A stretch of 32,000 nucleotides of DNA from Candidatus Paracaedimonas acanthamoebae (GCA_000743035.1 CP008936.1:780001-812000), one strand, 5' to 3'; shown: positions 17,927 through 26,443, counted from the stretch's first letter. The notes: generated by a model from the sequence alone, not told the origin. A program made the numbers and translations.

Positions 17927-18097
17927 TCAATGCTGTAGCGTGTTAAGGTAATAGGTTTTTTAACAAAAACTGATTCCTTAAAATGGTTTTCCTATAAATA
18001 TACTGATTATATAATAGCATCTATATGTCTACTTTTAAATCCTCTCGCAAGAATTAATAAGAACTATTTTTAATAATCAAAAGAAGGTTTTTTCTTT

Positions 18098-18826
18098 ATG
18101 AACGATATTATTTGCGCGATATGGCAAAGTGCTAAACCCTCTCATTATAATAAAGAAGCAAAACATTACGATACTTGTAATAAAAAAAAATTCCGTATAT
18201 ATCAATCAACTTATAGAAAAAATCCTCAAAAAATATCATGTAAAAACTGTTCTTGATCTTACCTGCGAGACTGGAGCACAGGTTTTATAGCTTGCCAAGC
18301 ATAGTTATGAACTGGTTCAGATATTAATAATAATATGCTTAAGCTTGCAAAAGCCAAAGCTAAAAAAGAAAACTTAAAGGTTAAATTCATTAAAGGCGAC
18401 ATGCATACGACTCAAGCGGGTAAGTTCGATGCTGTTATCACGATATTTAATACTATTGGGCATCTTACGGAATATGATTTCGAGAAAACCATGAAAAATA
18501 TCCACAAGAATCTTAATGATAAAGGAATTTATGTATTTGATATATTCAATAAAAATCAGAAAATACGACTGTGCGTGAAATTCAATACAGTACAATAAAT
18601 GAAGTAGGGATTCTTATTCCTTATGATATGTATTATGAACAAGAAGGTTCATATAAACTAAAACTTTCTAAGGCCTTTCAAACATTACAAAGTTATAGTT
18701 GTAGAACAACTCATTCAAATGCTGGAAGAAAATGAGTCTGAGGTTCTACATCAGTGTGGAATTAATGGATTGAAGTTAATTGGAACGACAACTAATCGTA
18801 TAGTTACAATTGCACGGAAGAAATAA
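18098..18826 (+). pseudogene. Class I SAM-dependent methyltransferase, decayed by multiple frameshifts and an internal stop
   Basis: Stitching three frames gives MNDIICAIWQSAKPSHYNKEAKHYDTCNKK / NSVYINQLIEKILKKYHVKTVLDLTCETGAQVL*LAKHSYE / GSDINNNMLKLAKAKAKKENLKVKFIKGDMHTTQAGKFDAVITIFNTIGHLTEYDFEKTMKNIHKNLNDKGIYVFDIFN / ...TVREIQYSTINEVGILIPYDMYYEQEGSYKL... / VIVVEQLIQMLEENESEVLHQCGINGLKLIGTTTNRIVTIARKK. The first shift falls in the A9 run 18182..18190. An in-frame TAG lies at 18288..18290. Motif I reads TCETG instead of GCGTG. Confidence 0.8.
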
Positions 18827-19163
18827 AATCAAAATTCTTTACCATATGTATTCTTGGACGATTTTTCCTGATAACTATTAACAATAGATTCTAGGCTAAT
18901 CTGCATGATTTTTCCATGAGTTTTTGGCCATGATTGCAAAAATTTATTTATCATTTTTTATATATCTTTGTGACCTCAACTCCTTCTTTAAAAACTCAAT
19001 GCTTTTAATACGTCGCTTGAGATTTTAAGTTGTTGAGGCCTTAAATTGTTGTTGTTCAAATTCTCGAAGGAAAATCCTTCTTTTAACAAGAACTCAGCAT
19101 ATAATAGTTAAAAAAAATATTATATAATTTATCCCATATTTTTATGGCGAATGAACGTACTGA

Positions 19164-19997
19164 CTAATGATTGATAAACAATGGTACCTCAGTCTTATTC
19201 ATCAGTGTTTTTGTGCAAGAGCCAAAAAGAGCTTCACTTAAAATATTATGGCTAAATGCTCCCATCACTATTAAAGAAGGATCTATTTGCGATACAAGCT
19301 CTAAAATATGAGGAGCAGGATTATCGTCCGATATAATAGTATAGGGTTTGAGTTTTACACCATATATATTACTTAAATTAATAGCCTGATTAAGGGTAGC
19401 TTGAGCTTGTTCTTCAGATGATTTAACAGTAATTACGTGCATTTCTTTTCCTTTGGCTAGCCCAAGTAAAAGAAACATATGCAAAGCTTTTGAGGCGTGT
19501 ACGCTACCATCATAAGCAATAATAACTCGATCATTTTCTGCAAAATTTTCAGGTACAATAATAACAGGTCTCGGGTTATCACGAGCGATATGTCTTACAG
19601 TTAAGTCATTATCTTGTTCTAAAGAAAAATGAAAGTCTGTTGTTTTTCCTAGAATAATAATATCCCCTTCATAAGAAGCACGCTCAATTTCAGAGACAGG
19701 AAAACCTTCATACTCGTAAGCATCTGCTCTAATATCTTCTTGCTTAGCTTTAAGTTTGAATTGTTCAAGAAGTTTACGTAAATGCCCCTCAGCTTCCTTG
19801 ATAACAACCTCATCTCTATAAATCTTAAAAGCTGAACCTCCTAAAGGTTCTGGTTGCGCGGCAGTTAGCCACGGGGTATCTAAAACAGCAATTGCAATAA
19901 GATGTGCTTTATGTTCTTTTGCCAGCTTAATAGCATAGTCGCGTGCATTAATACTCGGCTTAGAGCCATCTAAAGCTAAAATAATTCTTTTTATCAT
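19164..19997 (-). CDS. Universal stress protein, tandem USP domains
   Basis: Two USP repeats: IILALDGSKPSINARDYAIKLA...IIILGKT and VIIAYDGSVHASKAL...IVMGAFSHNILSEALFGSCTKTLMNKTEVPLFI. 277 aa. Confidence 0.85.
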   Translation of the reverse strand: MIKRIILALDGSKPSINARDYAIKLAKEHKAHLIAIAVLDTPWLTAAQPEPLGGSAFKIYRDEVVIKEAEGHLRKLLEQFKLKAKQEDIRADAYEYEGFPVSEIERASYEGDIIILGKTTDFHFSLEQDNDLTVRHIARDNPRPVIIVPENFAENDRVIIAYDGSVHASKALHMFLLLGLAKGKEMHVITVKSSEEQAQATLNQAINLSNIYGVKLKPYTIISDDNPAPHILELVSQIDPSLIVMGAFSHNILSEALFGSCTKTLMNKTEVPLFINH

Positions 19998-20064
19998 TTC
20001 ATTTCTCCCCTTTGCTTATAATTTTATTATAGCATATTTATTTATTTTTTGAGGAGCAAGAAAT

Positions 20065-20090
20065 AACCCTCACTACTTATAATGAGGGTT
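20065..20090 (-). terminator. Possible hairpin terminator downstream of the XRE-family gene
   Basis: AACCCTCA-N10-TGAGGGTT is an 8-bp perfect stem lying 12 nt past the stop at 20102. The T-tract is better on the plus strand (TTTTATAAT) than on the minus strand, so the assignment is tentative. Confidence 0.3.
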
Positions 20091-20101
20091 TTATAATACA
20101 T

Positions 20102-20977
20102 TTAGGCTGCTTCCATAAGTCCAATAATACGGTAAATCGTTTGGATTTTATCATTCGAGAAGCTAAGTTTCTGAGTCATAAGTTGGTTATTTTGAGATAA
20201 CTCTGTCATGCGAATGATACAATGATCTATTTTATCATTCCCTTGTTGCCAACCTTCAAATTCACCTAGAATTGCTTCCCCTTCTTGAGTAATCAACAAG
20301 ATTGAACATTGAGGAGATAAAGGCCTAGTTGGATGAGCAAAAATATGATCTCCAGAACGATATCTTGGCCCAAAATTATTGGTCGTCATATCTACACAAA
20401 AAGACATAGCACCAGCGATCCCTATAAGTTCCTGTGGTCGGGAAACCCACTCTTGAGGATTTTCAAAATCTATAAAACTTTTAGAGTTTTTAGAGGTTAT
20501 CTTATAAAGAGGTAAATCTGGAGTTGAAAAACGAGCAGATGACGTTGCATCGGTAGCTTCACTATTCTCGTTTTGCATACGAGACATCATTACAAATTTG
20601 CTACTTTGTGCATCCGTTAAAAGAAGGTCACCCGGATGGCAGGATAACACGTGAGCAAGGCACTGTAAGATATCTGCATTTAAGCGCCTTGTACCACTTT
20701 CAAGGCGTGAGAGATAAGAAGGTGAAAGCTTTGTTAAATCAGCAAGTTCCTCTAATGTATAACCTCTTTGTAATCTAAGGTCGCGGAGTGGATGCCTCGA
20801 ACGCTTACGTTTTCTTGTTAGTAATTTATTTGGTGCAGTTCTCCCAAAAGGCTGTGCTGAAGCCATAAAATGAATATTTTGTGCTTGTATTTCTGTATTT
20901 GCCGCTTTTTGAGTTGCGGGAGTCTTTTTATAGTTCTCAGAAATATTGCCAATTTGCGAGTATTTTTTTACGGTCAT
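20102..20977 (-). CDS. XRE-family HTH transcriptional regulator with C-terminal LexA/CI (S24)-like domain
   Basis: HTH region LRLQRGYTLEELADLTKLSPSYLSRLESGTRRLNADILQCLAHVLSCHPGDLL. The C-terminal FCVDMTTNNFGPRYRSGDHIFAHP...ILLITQEGEAILGEF...CIIRM aligns by eye to the S24 core (V.GDSMEP....GD...V...vvKr). The basic N-terminal extension may mean the true start is Met38. Confidence 0.75.
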   Translation of the reverse strand: MTVKKYSQIGNISENYKKTPATQKAANTEIQAQNIHFMASAQPFGRTAPNKLLTRKRKRSRHPLRDLRLQRGYTLEELADLTKLSPSYLSRLESGTRRLNADILQCLAHVLSCHPGDLLLTDAQSSKFVMMSRMQNENSEATDATSSARFSTPDLPLYKITSKNSKSFIDFENPQEWVSRPQELIGIAGAMSFCVDMTTNNFGPRYRSGDHIFAHPTRPLSPQCSILLITQEGEAILGEFEGWQQGNDKIDHCIIRMTELSQNNQLMTQKLSFSNDKIQTIYRIIGLMEAA

Positions 20978-21209
20978 CCTTATCCCTTTCCCCTTAATCT
21001 TCCCTAAATTTCTTAAACATCTATAATTTTACATTATTGCCCATAATTTTTCCAAAGAAAAATAAAAATTGACATTTACATGACCTTTTTGGCATTAAAA
21101 TAGCCATGTGTTTTTTGTATACCTTATATGCGTAAAATACATAAAGGTGCAAGAACCTTTTTTAAATAAATATAAAAAATATGAACAGCGAGGCTAATGG
21201 AGTAAAATA

Positions 21210-21827
21210 ATGTCTAAAAATCAGGACAAACGAGCTTGGAGTGCTCAAGAAATCGAATATCTTAAAGTTGGCTTTCAGATGAATATGCGATTGAAAGTGA
21301 TAGCTAAAGTTCTTAAGCGAAGTGAAACTTCCATAAACAAGGCGCTTTCGCGTTTTGGGATTCGCCCATATGGACTCAAGGGACGGATTAAAAACAATAA
21401 AAGGATAGTTCATTGCCTATCAGTAGAAACCTATAAAAAAGCTTTAAACAAACATCGCAAAGAATTAGGTTATACACCGTTTCCTTCACTCGGAAAAAAG
21501 CAAGACAAGCTTTTAAAAGATTCCAAGCGATCAAGTGAAACGAATAAATTACCTTTAAGCTCCTACTTAGGTTATCATAATCCCTGCTCAAGTCAGAAAT
21601 CTCATGCAATAAATTTTAATAATAATTGGATTGACTTTGAATCTGCTGTAAATTTATTACAAAGTATTGGTGATCAAGTGAATTATTCGGATAATAGTTT
21701 CAGAAGAAAGGCGATTTTTATTAATGGAGAACCTTTTACAGCACAACAAATGCTTCTTCGTTTAAATCGATTAAGAGTGCAATCTGGACTTGATCCGGTT
21801 TATATTGCGAATCTCACTGAATTTTAA
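21210..21827 (+). CDS. Hypothetical DNA-binding protein with GcrA-like/Myb-like N-terminal HTH
   Basis: N-terminal WSAQEIEYLKVGFQMNMRLKVIAKVLKRSETSINKALSRFGI follows the pattern of the GcrA N-terminus (W[ST]xE..xLK...G.S..qIAk.L....rnaV.gK..RlGl). The basic linker and C-terminal region are unrecognised. 205 aa. Confidence 0.5.
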   Translation: MSKNQDKRAWSAQEIEYLKVGFQMNMRLKVIAKVLKRSETSINKALSRFGIRPYGLKGRIKNNKRIVHCLSVETYKKALNKHRKELGYTPFPSLGKKQDKLLKDSKRSSETNKLPLSSYLGYHNPCSSQKSHAINFNNNWIDFESAVNLLQSIGDQVNYSDNSFRRKAIFINGEPFTAQQMLLRLNRLRVQSGLDPVYIANLTEF

Positions 21828-21903
21828 AGATTTTATGAATTTTCAAGAATGAAAAAAAATTATTAACTTGAAAATATATTCAAATTTGATGAGGTATAAT
21901 TAA

Positions 21904-23061
21904 GTGGAAGCTATGCCTTTTGTGCGCCCTCAAATTCCAAATTTTGGTGCTGGGCCATGTGCTAAACCTCCTGGATGGGAGTTAAGTCATCTTAAAAATG
22001 TGCTTATAGCCAGGTCACATCGTTCCATAGAAGGGGTGGAACGTATTCAAGAAGTTTTATATTTACTACGCTTAGTTCTCAATATTCCTGAAAATTATAA
22101 GGTAACTTTTGTTTTAGGATCTGCGACAAGTGCAGTTGAGACTTTATTTTGGAATTTGTTGGGGAAAAAAAAGGTACAAGTTCATGCTTGGGATATTTTT
22201 GGTCAACGTTGGGCTAATGATATAAGAAAGATTTTAGAAATAAATGATTTCGAGTTATTAGAATTAAATTCTAGGAAGTTGCCACAGTTCGAGAAAACGA
22301 ACTTTGAGTATGATATTATATTTACCTTAAATGCAAGCACAAGCGGTATTATTGCCTCTAATGTTTCATGGATTAGTCACAATCGTCAGGGATTAACATT
22401 ATGTGATGCAACATCAGCAGCTTTTGCAATCCCCCTTCCCTGGCAATTTTTAGATGCAACAGCATTTTCATTCCAAAAAGGCCTTGGTAGTGAAGCAGGA
22501 ATTGGGGTTATTGTCCTTAGCCCTAAAGCTGTTGAGCGTTTAGAAAAACATACCCCACTTTGGCCTATCCCTTATCTTTTTCGCTTAACAACAGATAAAG
22601 GCCAACTTAATAAAAAACTGTTTGAAGGTTTTTTGCTTAATACTCCCTCAATGTTACTTATTGAAGATGCCTTGCATGCACTTAAATGGGCACAAACCAT
22701 CGGTAACCAACAAGCCCTTTATCAAAGGACACTTAAAAATTATAATGTTATAAAAAAATGGCTGGTAACCGTTTCATGGCTTCAGTTTCTAGTGCCGTTA
22801 GAAGAGCTTAGATCTCCAACAACGGTATGCTTAGAAATTATTGCTCCTTGGTTTAAATTGCTAACACTTGGTTCTCAATGGGAATGGATTAAGCAATTTT
22901 GTAGTCTTCTTGCTGAACAAAAAGTTGCCTTTGATATTCAGAATCATATATCAGCTGCGCCTGCTTTGCGGATTTGGTGTGGACCTACCGTTGAAACAGC
23001 TGACTTAGAAAATCTAATGCCTTGGCTTGATTGGGCTTATCATAAATTAAAAAAAGAATAA
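21904..23061 (+). CDS. serC: Phosphoserine aminotransferase (alphaproteobacterial-type SerC)
   Basis: RPQIPNFGAGPCAKPPGW...ARSHRS at the N-terminus, and the PLP-lysine context FSFQKGLGSEAG. The ORF opens at GTG 21904; ATG 21913 (MPFVRP) is the likelier start. Confidence 0.85.
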   Translation: MEAMPFVRPQIPNFGAGPCAKPPGWELSHLKNVLIARSHRSIEGVERIQEVLYLLRLVLNIPENYKVTFVLGSATSAVETLFWNLLGKKKVQVHAWDIFGQRWANDIRKILEINDFELLELNSRKLPQFEKTNFEYDIIFTLNASTSGIIASNVSWISHNRQGLTLCDATSAAFAIPLPWQFLDATAFSFQKGLGSEAGIGVIVLSPKAVERLEKHTPLWPIPYLFRLTTDKGQLNKKLFEGFLLNTPSMLLIEDALHALKWAQTIGNQQALYQRTLKNYNVIKKWLVTVSWLQFLVPLEELRSPTTVCLEIIAPWFKLLTLGSQWEWIKQFCSLLAEQKVAFDIQNHISAAPALRIWCGPTVETADLENLMPWLDWAYHKLKKE

Positions 23062-23063
23062 AA

Positions 23064-23094
23064 AGCCCTAGCAACCCAGGACTCTTTATTTTTT
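23064..23094. terminator. Bidirectional rho-independent terminator between convergent serC and the small secreted-protein gene
   Basis: AGCCCT-AGCAACCC-AGGACT forms a 6-bp stem with one G.U pair. It is flanked by AAAAA upstream and CTTTATTTTTT downstream, so a U-tract follows the hairpin on both strands. Confidence 0.5.
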
Positions 23095-23118
23095 ACTGAA
23101 CAAACCTCTAAGCTGCTA

Positions 23119-23364
23119 TTATTCAGCAGCCATTGCTTCTTCTTCTTTGCTTTCAGCTTTTTTTGCTTTTACAGCGGCATAAGCAGCTGTACCAGTGGCT
23201 AGGACAGCCGTTTGTACTTCTTTATTTGTGGCAATTTTAGCTGCAGTCTGGGCAATTTTCTTGAGATGATCAAAAACTCCTGCATTAGCATGAGGAGCTG
23301 ATAGTAAAGAAATAGATAAAGCTAAAGAGCTTACTAAAACAGTGTGAATACGATTTTTTTTCAT
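23119..23364 (-). CDS. Small secreted Ala/Lys-rich protein (81 aa), hypothetical
   Basis: Signal peptide MKKNRIHTVLVSSLALSISLLSAPHANA|GV, followed by a helical A/K/T-rich mature part. Confidence 0.55.
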   Translation of the reverse strand: MKKNRIHTVLVSSLALSISLLSAPHANAGVFDHLKKIAQTAAKIATNKEVQTAVLATGTAAYAAVKAKKAESKEEEAMAAE

Positions 23365-23497
23365 TGTTACTCTCCCTTTTTGGTTACAAACTCATCTAAT
23401 TTTGATTCTAACTAGAAATGATTAATAAAAACCTAATAATGAGAAAGATTTCTAAAAAGTTTATTAGATGCGCTTTTCTTGTATTTAGAGGAAGGAT

Positions 23498-25177
23498 ATG
23501 ATAGCAAGAAGAATTCATATACTTGAGAAAACAATGATTGGAAGCTCTTCACAATATCTAGTTTTGGCGCGGAAATATAGGCCCACTACATTCTCTGACC
23601 TGATTGGGCAGGATACTCTCGTGCGCATTTTAAGTAATGGTATAAAGCAAGATCGTCTTCCTCACGCGTTTATTTTGACAGGAATTCGGGGTACCGGGAA
23701 GACAACCACAGCACGAATTATTGCTCGGGCTCTTAATTGTATTGGCCCTGATGGAACAGGAAATCCTACCCCCTCTCCTTGTGGCACTTGTGAGCATTGC
23801 CAAGCAATTTCAGAAGATCGCCATATTGATGTTATTGAAATGGATGCGGCAAGTAGGACAGGTATTGATGATATCAGGGAAGTTATTGAAGCATCTCGTT
23901 ATCGCGCCGTTTCTGCACGCTATAAAGTCTATATTATTGATGAAGTGCATATGCTTTCAAAAAATGCATTTAATGCTCTCTTAAAGACGCTTGAAGAGCC
24001 GCCTTTACACGTTAAATTCATCTTTGCGACTACCGAAGTACGCAAAATCCCTGATACTATCTTATCCCGGTGCATGCGCTTTGATTTAAGGCGAATTGAT
24101 GAAGAAACGCTCAAAGAGCATTTTAATAAGATCACCCTGCTTGAAGGAAAAACAATTGAAGAAGAAGCACTTAAACTAATTGCTCGTGCTGCTGATGGTT
24201 CAGCAAGAGATGGTCTTTCTATTTTAGATCAAGCTATAACGCTTTCAGAATCAACTATAACAGGCGAAAAAGTAAGAAAAATGCTTGGTCTTATGGATCA
24301 AAATTATTTGGTTGATCTTTGTCAGGCTTTAGTTCATGGAGACGTTAAAGTTGCGTTAAATTTATTCCGGCAATTAAATCAACAAGGTACCGAACCTCTG
24401 GTCATATTAAAAGATTTATTGAGCTTTATACACTGGCTTAGTACGCGCAGTGTTGATCAAAATTCTCCAATTTATCCTGGATTCACAGATCAACAATCTG
24501 AGGAATGTAATAAATTAGTCCAGAAACTTAACTTTCCTCTTTTAACACGTTTTTGGCAAAGCCTTATAAAAGGCATTCAAGAAGTTTCTTTAGCCCCTTT
24601 GCCGGAGCAAGCTGTTGAGATGATTTTGATGAGGCTTTGCTATCTTAGCCATCTTCCAACCCCCAAAGAAATTATTCAAACCTTAGAAGGTATTTCTAAT
24701 AAAGAAACTGATCATAACCTTAAGATTTCTAGAGAGCCGTCTAAAGAACAAGAAGTAATTCAACCTGTTCTTCAGCCTTCTCAACATTCACGAACACTGC
24801 CAAAAGATTTTAAGGAAGTTGTTGCGCTTTGCCAAAGACATCGAGAGCCTTTACTTGAAGGAATTTTAAGGAATGATGTCCATTTGATTAGTTTTGAACC
24901 TGGTAAGATTTCTTTCCACTTGTCTCCTCATGCACCTAAAGATTTAGCACACCGCTTGAAAGCTCATCTTAAAGATTGGACAGGAATTGAATGGGAAATC
25001 ATAGTTCAAGAAAAAAGCGAAAACGTTTATCCTTCATTACAAGCACAATACGAGATTGAACGCTCAAGAATTCGAGAAGCTCTTCTTGATGAGCCGTTAG
25101 TTATGGCTGCCCAAAAGAGTTTCCCAGAATCTGAAATTGTATATATTGATGATATTCCTAAGGAGAAAATAGCATGA
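23498..25177 (+). CDS. dnaX: DNA polymerase III subunit tau (gamma/tau)
   Basis: LARKYRPTTFSDLIGQD, Walker A GIRGTGKTTTARI, zinc module CGTCEHC, DEVHMLS and SRC (sensor) are present. GAGG RBS lies 6 nt upstream. 559 aa. Confidence 0.93.
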   Translation: MIARRIHILEKTMIGSSSQYLVLARKYRPTTFSDLIGQDTLVRILSNGIKQDRLPHAFILTGIRGTGKTTTARIIARALNCIGPDGTGNPTPSPCGTCEHCQAISEDRHIDVIEMDAASRTGIDDIREVIEASRYRAVSARYKVYIIDEVHMLSKNAFNALLKTLEEPPLHVKFIFATTEVRKIPDTILSRCMRFDLRRIDEETLKEHFNKITLLEGKTIEEEALKLIARAADGSARDGLSILDQAITLSESTITGEKVRKMLGLMDQNYLVDLCQALVHGDVKVALNLFRQLNQQGTEPLVILKDLLSFIHWLSTRSVDQNSPIYPGFTDQQSEECNKLVQKLNFPLLTRFWQSLIKGIQEVSLAPLPEQAVEMILMRLCYLSHLPTPKEIIQTLEGISNKETDHNLKISREPSKEQEVIQPVLQPSQHSRTLPKDFKEVVALCQRHREPLLEGILRNDVHLISFEPGKISFHLSPHAPKDLAHRLKAHLKDWTGIEWEIIVQEKSENVYPSLQAQYEIERSRIREALLDEPLVMAAQKSFPESEIVYIDDIPKEKIA

Positions 25178-25497
25178 AAAATATTGGTCAATTAATGAAA
25201 CAAGCACAAGAAATGCAAGCGCAAATGGCAGCAATGCAAGAACAACTAGGCGGAATTTATGTTGAAGGAAAAGCCGGCGGTGGAATGGTTGAAATTACTT
25301 TAAGTTGTAAGAACGAAGTTAAAAAATTAAAGATTGATCCTTCTTTGCTCAATCCAACAGAAGTTGAGATTTTAGAGGACCTTTTAGTTGCTGCTTTTAA
25401 TGATGCTAAGCAAAAAGCTGAAACCCGTACAGCAGAAGAAATGACTAAAATTACTGCAGGATTAAAATTACCCGGTGGTATGAGTCTTCCTTTTTAA
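25174..25497 (+). CDS. ybaB: Nucleoid-associated protein YbaB/EbfC
   Basis: 107 aa. MKQAQEMQAQMAAMQEQL...GGGMVEITLSCKNEV...LEDLLVAAFNDA is typical of the family. ATGA overlap with dnaX. Canonical dnaX-ybaB-recR order. Confidence 0.9.
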   Translation: MKNIGQLMKQAQEMQAQMAAMQEQLGGIYVEGKAGGGMVEITLSCKNEVKKLKIDPSLLNPTEVEILEDLLVAAFNDAKQKAETRTAEEMTKITAGLKLPGGMSLPF

Positions 25498-25545
25498 CTT
25501 GGAAATTTAATTTAAATTAATCCTAACAAATAAAAGATAATATTA

Positions 25546-26139
25546 ATGATAGGTTCTGAACTTCAAGCACTTATACAATTGTTAGCGAAGTTACCAGGTT
25601 TAGGCCCACGTTCTGCCAGAAGAGTAGCTTTACACCTGTTGAAATATAGGACAGAGCTTATGATTCCTCTCTCAGAAGCTTTGCATACAGCAGCTCAAGC
25701 GCTTAAAATATGTCATACCTGTGGAAATTTAGATACCCAGGATCCTTGCGCAATATGTGCAAATAATAACAGAGAGCTTGGGTTGTTATGTATTGTTGAA
25801 AGTATTGCAGACTTGTGGGCTTTAGAAAGGTCAGGATCTTATAAAGGATACTATCATGTCTTGGGTGGGACGCTTTCTGCTCTAGAAGGTATTGGTCCTG
25901 AACAATTAAAGATCCCTGCCCTTTTACAAAGAGTCCAGAGTACAGGTGTTCGAGAAATAATACTAGCACTTAACGCTACTGTTGAAGGACAAACTACGTC
26001 TTATTATCTTGCTGACGCTTTGAAAACAACCAAAGCTAAAGTAACGGCTCTTGCACATGGCGTTCCTTTAGGTGGTGAACTCGATTATCTGGATGATGGA
26101 ACATTAACTGCCGCTTTGGGGGCAAGGCGGCAGTTATAA
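25546..26139 (+). CDS. recR: Recombination protein RecR
   Basis: [20 protein letters not shown] (HhH), C4 zinc finger CHTCGNL...CAIC, and a Toprim region are present. 197 aa. Confidence 0.93.
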   Translation: MIGSELQALIQLLAKLPGLGPRSARRVALHLLKYRTELMIPLSEALHTAAQALKICHTCGNLDTQDPCAICANNNRELGLLCIVESIADLWALERSGSYKGYYHVLGGTLSALEGIGPEQLKIPALLQRVQSTGVREIILALNATVEGQTTSYYLADALKTTKAKVTALAHGVPLGGELDYLDDGTLTAALGARRQL

Positions 26140-26167
26140 AGATTAATATTTCGAATTTTTAAAATTA

Positions 26168-26443
26168 TCAGTTTAATCGATCTCTAAGTTGCTTACCAGC
26201 TTTAAAGAATGGAACAGATTTAGCTTCAACTTTTACGGTTTGTCCAGTTCTAGGGTTTCTACCTGATCGAGCTTGTCGTTTTCTTGTAGTGAAAACACCA
26301 AAACCACGAAGTTCCACGCGAGAGCCATTTGCTAAAGCATTTGAAATTTCTTCCAATACAGTAGTAACGCTTTTCTCAGCTTGTGCTATAGTTAAAGAAG
26401 GATTTGCATCTAAAATGCGCTCTATAAGTTCGGAACGTGTCAT
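26168..26443 (-). CDS. ihfB: Integration host factor subunit beta
   Basis: [10 protein letters not shown]...[49 protein letters not shown] matches the IHF-beta pattern. The ORF also allows a start at 26452. Confidence 0.88.
   Translation of the reverse strand: MTRSELIERILDANPSLTIAQAEKSVTTVLEEISNALANGSRVELRGFGVFTTRKRQARSGRNPRTGQTVKVEAKSVPFFKAGKQLRDRLN

Noticed and set aside
18335-18598. 87-aa ORF as an intact small methyltransferase-like gene
   Set aside because: It is only the central fragment of the frameshifted methyltransferase pseudogene 18098..18826. It lacks the SAM-binding motif I and the C-terminal region, both of which are found in other frames.
21069-21101. Sigma70-type promoter for the GcrA-like gene (TTGACA ... 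TAAAAT)
   Set aside because: The good -10-like hexamer TAAAAT is 21 bp from the -35, which is too far. Hexamers at 17-19 bp spacing match TATAAT at 3 of 6 positions or fewer. I kept it only as a note inside a finding.
23365-23497. Possible SRP (4.5S/ffs) RNA upstream of dnaX, a common location
   Set aside because: The region is very AT-rich, with no GC-rich helix or GGAA/GNAR tetraloop-type domain IV motif.
25011-25017. AAAAAAG heptamer in dnaX as a programmed -1 frameshift site for the gamma subunit
   Set aside because: The heptamer is out of phase: zero-frame codons are GAA AAA AGC, so the first A is codon position 2 rather than 3. It also lies at about residue 505 of 559, too far C-terminal to yield a gamma-like product. 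No downstream stem-loop was seen.
25508-25519. 12-bp palindrome TAATTTAAATTA between ybaB and recR
   Set aside because: Pure A/T palindromes are expected by chance in AT-rich spacers. It has no G/C information content.
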